Assembly (NCBI GenBank): GCA_035649095.1
Contig: DASRKF010000142.1
Location: 1 to 45,856 of the forward strand
Source of the DNA: Candidatus Deferrimicrobium sp.
GTDB taxonomy: Bacteria > Caldisericota > Caldisericia > Cryosericales > Cryosericaceae
Length of the DNA: 45,856 nucleotides
Direction: 5' to 3'
Under the pieces are notes generated by a model, which was given only the letters and a program-made list of their open reading frames with translations, made no database searches and had not been told where the DNA came from. Numbering within the stretch: the stretch's first letter is position 1; each line of letters starts with the position of its first letter. The position numbers and the translations under genes were made by a program. Positions 37,687-45,370 of the stretch are shown here, one piece after another.

Positions 37687-38215
37687 TTTACTCTTCTTCG
37701 ATACTGACTGTTTGTCAGCATTCCTGTGGGTCGGCAAAGAAAGTCTATTAACTAGACTCTATCCAGGACGAGTCGTGATACCTGAACAGGTATATGACGA
37801 ACTGTCCTATCCGGGACTTCCATCATTCAACATCACAATAGATACGCTATTCGCGCAAAAACAAGTTGTTATCGAAGCAATAAAGGCTGGTACTGAAGCC
37901 TATGATCTATATTACACTTTGTCGAGAGTCCCTTCCAAGGGGCACGTTGTTATCGGGAAAGGTGAAGCAGCTTGCATTGCCTTGGCAAAAACCACTGGGG
38001 GTATCGTCGCAAGTAATAATCTGAAGGACATCTCCTCGTACATAGAAGAGTTTGGTTTGAAACACGTGACAACCGGCGATATCCTGGTTGAAGCCTATGA
38101 AGGGAAACATATCACAGAAGATGAGGGGAATACTATCTGGGCGGGCATGCGACGTAAGGGTCGCCAAATTGGAGCAGAGACATTCTCAGAATACTTGGTG
38201 TCAAAGTATACATGA
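37679..38215 (+). CDS. PIN-domain nuclease (putative toxin)
   Basis: FFDTDCLS, IPEQVYDEL, GKGEAACIALA, ASNNLKD; TTG start after GAGGGGAG, overlapping the upstream stop. Confidence 0.85.
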   Translation: MTDLLFFDTDCLSAFLWVGKESLLTRLYPGRVVIPEQVYDELSYPGLPSFNITIDTLFAQKQVVIEAIKAGTEAYDLYYTLSRVPSKGHVVIGKGEAACIALAKTTGGIVASNNLKDISSYIEEFGLKHVTTGDILVEAYEGKHITEDEGNTIWAGMRRKGRQIGAETFSEYLVSKYT

Positions 38216-38255
38216 TCTTCTGCGAACAGACCATTTTCTCCCTCGCTGTTTCAAG

Positions 38256-38350
38256 TGACTGCGACAAATAAAGTCGATGCATTTCAAATGCCCTACGCAA
38301 CTATGTGATTTGCGAACGTGGGACTACAGGATTCTAACGTAAGAAGCGTT
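38256..38350 (+). mobile_element. Internally deleted mini-element (L-end start fused to a degenerate R end)
   Basis: TGACTGCGACAAATAAAGTCG...CGCAACTATGTGATTTGC...ACTACAGGATTCT. Confidence 0.4.
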
Positions 38351-38437
38351 TGCAAGACAAGATCGTTGAGAGAGAGCTTGTATCAACGTTCTTGACTCTA
38401 CAACTTCGGACCTTCAATTGGCATGGATTCGCCCCGT

Positions 38438-38696
38438 GTTTTCCTGGTTCGTTCCCCAAGAACCGGGTTCATTGCCAAATTCTCCGATTCGTGGCCAAAT
38501 TGTCGGATTTGCGATGACGCCGCTGTCTGACTGACACTTCTGCCGTTTGAGCTCTGAGATGCCCCATTCTCCCTCCATCGAGTCGACAAGATCATCAGCA
38601 ACGTGTCGGCAGAGAAATGTCGTGTTATCCTGGAGACCCCAACCAACCATGCGGGTTGGCGATCACGAGATTACACAACTCTATTTACGGCCACCA
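38438..38696 (+). mobile_element. Putative transposon terminus (type R), most complete copy
   Basis: ~200-bp repeat followed by CAACCATGCGGGTT...ATTACACAACTCTATTTACGGCCACCA; the reverse complement TGGTGGCCGTAAATAGAGTTGTGTAAT matches the L ends. Confidence 0.6.
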
Positions 38697-38701
38697 ACGA
38701 T

Positions 38702-38757
38702 TGGGCGCGACAAATAGAGTCGTGGAATCCGACACTGGAGTCGTGTAATTGATGACG
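38702..38757 (+). mobile_element. Putative transposon terminus (type L)
   Basis: TGGGCGCGACAAATAGAGTCGTGGAATCCGACACTGGAGTCGTGTAATTGATGAC, 5 bp after the R end. Confidence 0.6.
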
Positions 38758-38901
38758 ATGGCGGACCAATTGCTCTTGCGGGATTTCGTACCAGAGCGGC
38801 CCTGCATGGCTCGCCGCTATTTCGCTCCCGGAACTACCTTGAAGGCCTGTCTCTGTTAGTCTCCTGTCCGAGCTCCGCGATCCCGTTTTTTTGGCTCAGA
38901 T

Positions 38902-38956
38902 TATCTGCATCATTGATTTCGTTTCTGCATATTGTTGGGAGCAAAATATGCAGATT
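38902..38956. repeat. TCTGCAT-N17-ATGCAGA palindrome plus half-site (copy downstream of fic)
   Basis: Half-site at 38904, palindrome at 38924-38954; same layout as 40108-40162. Confidence 0.7.
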
Positions 38957-39055
38957 TGTCGGAATATGTCCATGGCATACTCATGTCTCGGAATTGTTCG
39001 CAGTTCGCATCTGTGTTATCGAAGAGAGACCCTCTCAACTACTCCCATAGCGTTT

Positions 39056-40108
39056 CTATTGTCCTATCTTTTTGATGTACTTCGTGCTCCGCGCGCCGCC
39101 GGTCTTCGTGATCTTGCCGTTTCTAACCATCCTTCCCAGGGCCGCTTCAATGGTCGTCGGGCTGATGTCCGGGAAAAAGTCTGAGATCTCCTTTTTGGAG
39201 ATGGGCTTTATGCTGCGCAGAACTGCGGCTTCTATCCTTTTCGCCTTGGTCGCGTACTTTCCCTGAACGATATCGAAACGTTCATTCAATTTCCTGTAAC
39301 AGATTAGCAGCGTCGTCAGGAAGTTTTCCATGAACGGGAAATAGGAGTTCTCACTCGTGTGCCAGTCTTTCGAAGACATCCTCAACGCTTCGTAGTATTG
39401 AGATTTTGCGCTGTTGATCTGCTCCTCGAACGACACGTATTTTCCCGCGTCGAATCCGCTCTTGTACAGCATCAGCAGGGACAGCAGGCGCGATATGCGT
39501 CCGTTGCCGTCCGTGAACGGGTGAATGCAGAGGAAGTCCAGAACAAAGCATGGAGTGAGCAGAAGGCTATTGATGGAACTGTCGCTGCAAGCGGACATGT
39601 ATGCCAGGTTCAGCCGTTCCATTGCTGCCGGCGTCTCCGCTGCAGCAACCGGCGTGAAGCGGATGTGCCTCGCGCCAAACGTATCTGTTTCCATGATCAC
39701 GTTGTCGGACCCCTTGTAGGCGCCTCCGCCCTGCGGGGCATACGAGAGCATGGTCCTGTGCAGTCCCAGGATGATCGGGCTGTTGATCTCCATTGTCGGG
39801 TAATTGCTGTGGACAAGGCCGAGAGCGTCGCGGTATCCCACGATCTCCATCTCGTCGTGGTTCAGCGGAGCAGTGTTCCCGTTGACGATCTCCCTGATCC
39901 GCTGGTCGGTCGTGACGATCCCCTCGATGGCGTTGGATCCCTTCACGGACGCTACTCTGGCGATCTGCTCAAGGCTGCTGAGCATGTCCGGGAATAGGTC
40001 CACGCGCCCTGATTCCATTGCCTTTATCTCTCTGATCGCTCCCGCCAGGTTGGCGATGCTTGCCGGCACCATGCCCTGTCCAAGGAACGTATAGTCGAAT
40101 CTCCTCAT
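39056..40108 (-). CDS. Fic family protein with inhibitory helix and C-terminal wHTH
   Basis: Canonical HPFTDGNGRISR motif; SNAIEG (S/T)xxxE(G/N) motif; C-terminal ISKKEI...TTIEAALGRMV..GKI.K.GG. Confidence 0.95.
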   Translation of the reverse strand: MRRFDYTFLGQGMVPASIANLAGAIREIKAMESGRVDLFPDMLSSLEQIARVASVKGSNAIEGIVTTDQRIREIVNGNTAPLNHDEMEIVGYRDALGLVHSNYPTMEINSPIILGLHRTMLSYAPQGGGAYKGSDNVIMETDTFGARHIRFTPVAAAETPAAMERLNLAYMSACSDSSINSLLLTPCFVLDFLCIHPFTDGNGRISRLLSLLMLYKSGFDAGKYVSFEEQINSAKSQYYEALRMSSKDWHTSENSYFPFMENFLTTLLICYRKLNERFDIVQGKYATKAKRIEAAVLRSIKPISKKEISDFFPDISPTTIEAALGRMVRNGKITKTGGARSTKYIKKIGQ

Positions 40109-40203
40109 ATCTGCACCTCTGTCTCGCTATCTGCATACATGTTAGCACATTATGTGCAGATTGCTATGTGTTTCTGCATATGAATGAGGCAAATATGTGC
40201 AGT
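40108..40203. promoter_or_regulatory. Operator-like array upstream of fic
   Basis: Half-site at 40110; TCTGCAT-N17-GTGCAGA at 40130-40160; TCTGCAT-N17-GTGCAGT at 40173-40203. Confidence 0.65.
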
Positions 40204-40214
40204 ATCGTACGGTT

Positions 40215-40339
40215 TCGAGAGACAAGATTGAAGAATCCCAAAATGCCGGTCTTGGCAGGGATGTTGTGTAATTCTGAGCCCCCACGCAACCATGCGGGTT
40301 TGCAGACACGGAATTACAGGACTCCAATTGCAGAAACCA
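40215..40339 (+). mobile_element. Putative transposon terminus (type R), partial
   Basis: GACAAGAT...GATGTTGTGTAATTCTG...CAACCATGCGGGTTTGC...AATTACAGGACTCCAATTGCAGAAACCA. Confidence 0.55.
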
Positions 40340-40478
40340 CAAGAAGAGGATTGTCTGTGAAAAGAGCACGGGCGGTCCTCTCCTTTCTAGCCACTTTCAG
40401 TGTTCACGATCGCTAGCTATACTCTCCTGTGTGGAGATGTTACAACGCGCTTGCTTGCTAGATGCATGAAAGGAATAC

Positions 40479-40940
40479 ATGCTTGTTGAATGCCCGAACT
40501 GCCATGAGCTGTACGACAATGCTGTTGATGATGCATGTCCAAGATGCACCGTCGCGCACAAGATCGTCTGTCCCAAGTGCGGCAACACATATTCTCCTTC
40601 ATTCGCAAAATGCCCATATTGCGGTGTCAATAACGACGCGTTCGTCCCAGTGCCAGCTGCAACGCTTCTCTATCCGAGCGTTATGTATATCGATGGCGTA
40701 GGCAAGGACAGAAGAACAGCTGCCATGCTCGCTCTCCTTCTCGGTGGTTTCGGCATACACGAGTTCTACCTTGGAAATACAAGAGCTGGAATCTTCATGC
40801 TGCTTTTCTCCTGGACCGGTATTCCGAGCGCAATTGCTATCGGACAGGGTGTCCATTATCTAAGAATGACGGACGATGCCTTTGTTCAAATGATGAAGGT
40901 TATGCGCCAAAACGAGGAGCTCCGCAAATCCATTCGTTAA
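40479..40940 (+). CDS. TM2 (NINE) domain membrane protein with N-terminal zinc ribbons
   Basis: Four CxxC pairs; KDRRTAAMLALLLGGFGIHEFYLG...LLFSWTGIP. Confidence 0.88.
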   Translation: MLVECPNCHELYDNAVDDACPRCTVAHKIVCPKCGNTYSPSFAKCPYCGVNNDAFVPVPAATLLYPSVMYIDGVGKDRRTAAMLALLLGGFGIHEFYLGNTRAGIFMLLFSWTGIPSAIAIGQGVHYLRMTDDAFVQMMKVMRQNEELRKSIR

Positions 40941-41013
40941 AAGGGAAGTTGTATTCTATAAACGGACGGACTCTCGGTGCCTATGAGTAGGACTAAACAA
41001 GTGGAGGCTCAGT

Positions 41014-41562
41014 ATGCCATTGAAAGAGATTGATAAACGGCGAGGATTTACCTTTCTGGAATCCGGCCCGGTCGTGCTGGTTTCCACCAACGACCATGGC
41101 AAGAACAACGTGATGACGATTTCCTGGCACATGGTGATGGACTTCACCCCGCACATTGCCATTTCCACCGGCCCGTGGAACCACTCTTTTCATACCATGC
41201 TGGAAACAAAAGAATGCGTCATCAATGTTCCTACGGTTGAAATGCTGGAGACTGTGGTACGCATCGGCATGGTTTCCGGTACAGAAGTGGACAAGTTTGA
41301 AAAGTTCCATCTGACCGCACTTCCGGCAAAAGATGTGAGGGCACCGCTGATCGGCGAATGCCTTGCCGCTCTGGAATGCAAGGTCGTCGACTATGTGGAA
41401 AAACACGGCCTCGTCATACTGGAAGCAACTCGCGTCTGGTACAACCAACGGAAGAAGGAGAAGAGAGTCTGCCATGCCATTGGAAATGGCAGTTTCTGCG
41501 TCGACGGCGAGATCATTGACTACCGCAGCTTGATGGAAAAGAAGGTGCCTGACGGGGTATGA
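41014..41562 (+). CDS. Flavin reductase family protein
   Basis: GPVVLVST, NNVMTISW, ECVINVP, SGTEVDKF, APLIGECLAALECKV. Confidence 0.9.
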   Translation: MPLKEIDKRRGFTFLESGPVVLVSTNDHGKNNVMTISWHMVMDFTPHIAISTGPWNHSFHTMLETKECVINVPTVEMLETVVRIGMVSGTEVDKFEKFHLTALPAKDVRAPLIGECLAALECKVVDYVEKHGLVILEATRVWYNQRKKEKRVCHAIGNGSFCVDGEIIDYRSLMEKKVPDGV

Positions 41563-41579
41563 TACAAAATCCCACGCGG

Positions 41580-41636
41580 TGGGTGCGGCAAAAAGAGTCG
41601 TGTAATTTGACAATATGTCGTGTAATTGATGACGGC
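41580..41636 (+). mobile_element. Putative transposon terminus (type L)
   Basis: TGGGTGCGGCAAAAAGAGTCGTGTAATTTGACAATATGTCGTGTAATTGATGAC. Confidence 0.6.
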
Positions 41637-41664
41637 ACACTGGGTCCAGCTCCGCTACCCTTGG

Positions 41665-41850
41665 CTGTCGCCGGTTAGTCAAAACATCACTACCGTATTA
41701 TATTTGTTGTAGAAGGTACGATCGTGCTGCGACGCCGCAACGATACGGCGCGCTGATGGCGCTGGTGTTTAGTTACCAGTCCAACGCCCTTGTTGAAGGA
41801 AGGCACGCGTTGGAGGTATACAACATGACAACAACCAAGGCACGAAATCA
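41665..41850 (+). repeat. Shared promoter/leader/start module, copy 1
   Basis: Identical 24-mer CTGTCGCCGGTTAGTCAAAACATC, then colinear similarity to 45195-45370 through TAyGAT, GAAGGCACGyGTTGGAGG and the first codons. Confidence 0.85.
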
Positions 41851-44488
41851 CTCACTCGCTACGACCATCATGGTTCTAGCTCTGTGTCTCTCGCTAAGTC
41901 TCTCGGGTGTTCTGGTTCACACTCCTCTCGTGAAAGCGGCAGATGCCAACGCCTGGAAACAGCTTCCGATGTATGATGGCGGCGTCTCCATTCTTGCCGT
42001 TGATCCCGTCCATTCTTCCACCCTGTACGCTACCACGGCAGAAGGCTTGTTCCGCTCCAAAGACAGCGGTGCGACCTGGGCGGCGATAAACGGAAGATTC
42101 TCCAGTGTGCCGGACTATTTCGGCATTGTTTCCGATTTCAGCAACATGACTTGCTTTGCCATTAACCCGAAATCCCCCTCTACGATGTTTGCTGGCACAA
42201 GTGAAGGCCTATTTCGAACCATTGACGGTGGTACAACCTGGACGGCGTGCGGCACAATTCCTGCTCAGACAGCTCAACCGGGCGTTGAGTCCGTTGCCAT
42301 AGATCCCCTCACTCCAGCCACCCTGTACGTTGCTACCGGCTATGGTGTCTTCCGCTCTGCCAACAACGGTGGCACATGGAAAAGCATGAATACCAGCCTG
42401 ACAAAAAGCGGCGTCAAGTCTCTTGTCATCAATCCAAAGACCCCCACCACGCTGTACGTCATAGCTAACTACAATGGCGTCCTCAGATCTACGGACAGCG
42501 GCGCTACGTGGACGGCGATAAACACCGGTCTCACCGGCTACGATGCGACTTCTCTTGCCATCGACCCCCGGACCCCTACAATTTTGTACACTGGCAGTAC
42601 TGCAAACGTTGCCAATTCACAAGATCGCCTCTTCAACTCCGTGGATGGCGGCAATACCTGGAAATCGTTGCACTTCGGCCGAGGTAACTGGATTTCGTCC
42701 TTCTGTCTCGCCATCAGTCCCAAGGCTCCTGCCACTGCGTATGCCAGTACCAACGACCTCGGCGTTTTTCGATCCACAGACAACGGTAGTACATGGAGTG
42801 GTATAAACAGCGGGCTTACCAACAGAGTGGTCAACTCCATTGCCATTGATCCAAAGTTGCCGACAAGATTATACATCGGCACCAATGCCGGCCTTTTCCG
42901 TTCCACCAACAGCGGCACCACCTGGGCCAAAGTAAGTTTTCCAGTAGTTCTTACTGGCGGGAAGAGGGTTGGAGATCTTGTCGTCGATCCCATCACTCCC
43001 TCCATCATGTATCAGAATTGCGTCAATGGCGTTCTCTATTCCCACGATAGCGGCATGACATGGCACACGGCGAGCTCAACGTCCGCCATTGGCTCTGTCA
43101 GCCATATCGCCATCGACCCAAAGACTCCCACTATTCTCTATGCGTGCACTGCAAAAGAAGTCTTCCGATCGAACAACAGTGGGTCGACTTGGACGAAGAA
43201 AACAACGTTCAAGACCGTCTATGAGATTCTGATCATTGTCGTCGATCCAGTCACTCCGGCAACCTTGTATGTCTATGTTGACGGTGCAGATGCCGCCAGC
43301 GGTGTCTACCGTTCCAAGGACAGCGGCGACCACTGGACTGCCATGAACAACGGCTTCGACCACAAATACCGATTCCAGTCTTTGACCATCAATCCTGTCA
43401 TTCATACGACGCTGTATCTCAGTGATGGCTCCTTCTATCGCTCAACAGACAGCGGCGACCACTGGACCCTGATGCCCATCAAGATAGGACCGGAAGGTGG
43501 GGACGGTGTTATCGCACTGGCGATCAATCCAGCAAATCCTTCGATCATGTATGCAGCCTCTGCCTATACCTACTATCAGCAAACATTGTGCCGAATCCTG
43601 CGTTCCACCGACGGTGGCAGCACGTGGACTGTAGCCCTTGCTGCCGGCGATGCGCTCCTTGGCATCGACCTTTACGCCATTGTCCTTGACCCCGCAACGC
43701 CAACGACCGTCTACGCTGCCGGCGATACCGGCGTCATCCGCTCGACGGACGGTGGGGCCAATTGGACGGACACCGGTCTCCATCAAGGAGTTACGTCCCT
43801 TGTCGTTAACTCGGCTACTGCTACTTTATATGCCTGCACCTGGCACGGCGTGTTCAGCTACAACATGTCCTCATCCCATACCTTGACGGCCGTGACATCC
43901 CCTTCTGCGGGAGGGTCCGTCGTCAGGTCCCCCGATGCGGTTTCCTACACAGCCGGAACAGCGGCTACTCTCACCGCCACTCCTGCCACGGGCTATTCCT
44001 TCACCGGATGGTCAGGGGACCTGTCTGGCATGAAGAATCCCGAAACCATCACGATGGACACCGACAAGACAGTCACTGCCTCCTTTGTCATGGACACGGG
44101 AAGCGTCATGAAGCTGACGCTCGGGAGCAAGATGATCTCGGTAGACGGAAAGCAAGTGCCAATCGACGCAGGCCCCGCCATCTTCAACTCACGCACCTTC
44201 ATCCCCATACGGATAATCACTGAAGTCTTTGGAGGAAGCATCGCCTGGGATGCGGCGCAGCAGAAGGTCACTGTTGTGAGGAACGGCATGACAGTGAACC
44301 TGTGGATCGGAAAGAACGCTGCAGAGATAGACGGCAAGTCGGTCAGCATCGACACCAATCCCGCTGTTGTACCGGTCATATCGTACGGGAGGACTCTCCT
44401 CCCTCTCCGGTTCGTCTCGGAGTCGCTTGGGCTGGATATTCAATGGGATGGGACCGCGCACACGATCACGATAACGCGGAAGTCGTAG
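41825..44488 (+). CDS. Secreted multi-BNR beta-propeller protein with InlB B-like repeat and stalk (copper amine oxidase N) domain
   Basis: Signal peptide ending VKA; many AIDP.TP.TLY...RSTD.G.TW repeats; LTATPATGYSFTGWSGD; RTFIPIR / RTLLPLRFVSE. Confidence 0.92.
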   Translation: MTTTKARNHSLATTIMVLALCLSLSLSGVLVHTPLVKAADANAWKQLPMYDGGVSILAVDPVHSSTLYATTAEGLFRSKDSGATWAAINGRFSSVPDYFGIVSDFSNMTCFAINPKSPSTMFAGTSEGLFRTIDGGTTWTACGTIPAQTAQPGVESVAIDPLTPATLYVATGYGVFRSANNGGTWKSMNTSLTKSGVKSLVINPKTPTTLYVIANYNGVLRSTDSGATWTAINTGLTGYDATSLAIDPRTPTILYTGSTANVANSQDRLFNSVDGGNTWKSLHFGRGNWISSFCLAISPKAPATAYASTNDLGVFRSTDNGSTWSGINSGLTNRVVNSIAIDPKLPTRLYIGTNAGLFRSTNSGTTWAKVSFPVVLTGGKRVGDLVVDPITPSIMYQNCVNGVLYSHDSGMTWHTASSTSAIGSVSHIAIDPKTPTILYACTAKEVFRSNNSGSTWTKKTTFKTVYEILIIVVDPVTPATLYVYVDGADAASGVYRSKDSGDHWTAMNNGFDHKYRFQSLTINPVIHTTLYLSDGSFYRSTDSGDHWTLMPIKIGPEGGDGVIALAINPANPSIMYAASAYTYYQQTLCRILRSTDGGSTWTVALAAGDALLGIDLYAIVLDPATPTTVYAAGDTGVIRSTDGGANWTDTGLHQGVTSLVVNSATATLYACTWHGVFSYNMSSSHTLTAVTSPSAGGSVVRSPDAVSYTAGTAATLTATPATGYSFTGWSGDLSGMKNPETITMDTDKTVTASFVMDTGSVMKLTLGSKMISVDGKQVPIDAGPAIFNSRTFIPIRIITEVFGGSIAWDAAQQKVTVVRNGMTVNLWIGKNAAEIDGKSVSIDTNPAVVPVISYGRTLLPLRFVSESLGLDIQWDGTAHTITITRKS

Positions 44489-44515
44489 GATCTTCAGGCA
44501 ATAGGAGAAGACCAC

Positions 44516-45001
44516 ATGAGAACAGTGTCAAAACGAGCGCTTCTATCGGCGCTGTGCGTTGTAGTCATAGCCGCAGTTGTTCTGGTCGTGATCGTCACAC
44601 TCAACAAGACTCAATATCGGAACGCTCAGTATGGTTTCTACGTTTCGCTGCCATCGACATGGAAAGGGTACTCCGTCATTGACCAAACGTGGACGGGGTA
44701 TACGAACGGGGCAAACGGCCAAGTGGCGAGTGAGCACGGGCCTGAGATCCTCATCAGGCATCCGGCCTGGACGACCAAAGATCCACGCCAGGATATTCCC
44801 GTCATAGTCTTCACGCTCGCTCAGTGGAATGCAGTTCAGCAGGAGAAGTTCTACATCAGCGCTGCACCGATAGGACCAAGCGAGCTTGGACGCAACAGCA
44901 CCTATGTATTCGGGCTGCCGCCGAGGTACAACTATGCCTACATCACAGGCTGGGAAGAGGTAGACAAGATCCTGCAAGGACATTCATTTCACGCCTTCTA
45001 A
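44516..45001 (+). CDS. Hypothetical exported/membrane-anchored protein
   Basis: GGAG RBS; N-terminal TM helix; YRNAQYGFYVSLPSTWKG. Confidence 0.8.
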   Translation: MRTVSKRALLSALCVVVIAAVVLVVIVTLNKTQYRNAQYGFYVSLPSTWKGYSVIDQTWTGYTNGANGQVASEHGPEILIRHPAWTTKDPRQDIPVIVFTLAQWNAVQQEKFYISAAPIGPSELGRNSTYVFGLPPRYNYAYITGWEEVDKILQGHSFHAF

Positions 45002-45010
45002 TCCAGACAT

Positions 45011-45170
45011 CCGGTTCTTTCTCTAATTTCCCGATTCGCGGCCAACTTGCCGGATTTGTGGTGACACAGCTGCTGAAGTGACGTTTCTGTCACTTTCAGC
45101 CACAGACCTCCCTCCGTTTGTCATCAACCCGACCGAGTCGTCAGCGTTTTCTGTGATGGCAATATGTTGG
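45011..45170 (+). repeat. ~200-bp intergenic repeat, third (truncated) copy
   Basis: AATTTCCCGATTCGCGGCCAACTTGCCGGATTTGTGGTGACAC..., colinear with 36117 and 38438. Confidence 0.8.
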
Positions 45171-45194
45171 CTCAGTCAACGTCCGCACATCACC

Positions 45195-45370
45195 CTGTCG
45201 CCGGTTAGTCAAAACATCGCCACAGCGTTACACTTGTGGTGGAGGGTATGATCTCCGCTGCGACGTCGTATGGATACCACGCGATGACGGCTCTAGTGAC
45301 CGTTTCAGTCCACCGCTCTCGTCGAAGGCACGTGTTGGAGGCGCATAGCATGGAGACAACGAAATCACGA
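45195..45370 (+). repeat. Shared promoter/leader/start module, copy 2
   Basis: Colinear with 41665-41850. Confidence 0.85.

Noticed and set aside
38398-38650. Minus-strand ORFs (78-82 aa) within the ~200-bp repeat
   Set aside because: The frame equivalent to the 78-aa ORF is interrupted by a stop in the 36117-36326 copy; neither ORF has an RBS or recognisable domain.
41720-41770. Fluoride riboswitch suggested by CTGATGGCGC / ATGACGGCTC in the shared leader
   Set aside because: The 5' GGCGATG...CGCC stem and pseudoknot partner are missing, and the downstream genes are unrelated to fluoride.
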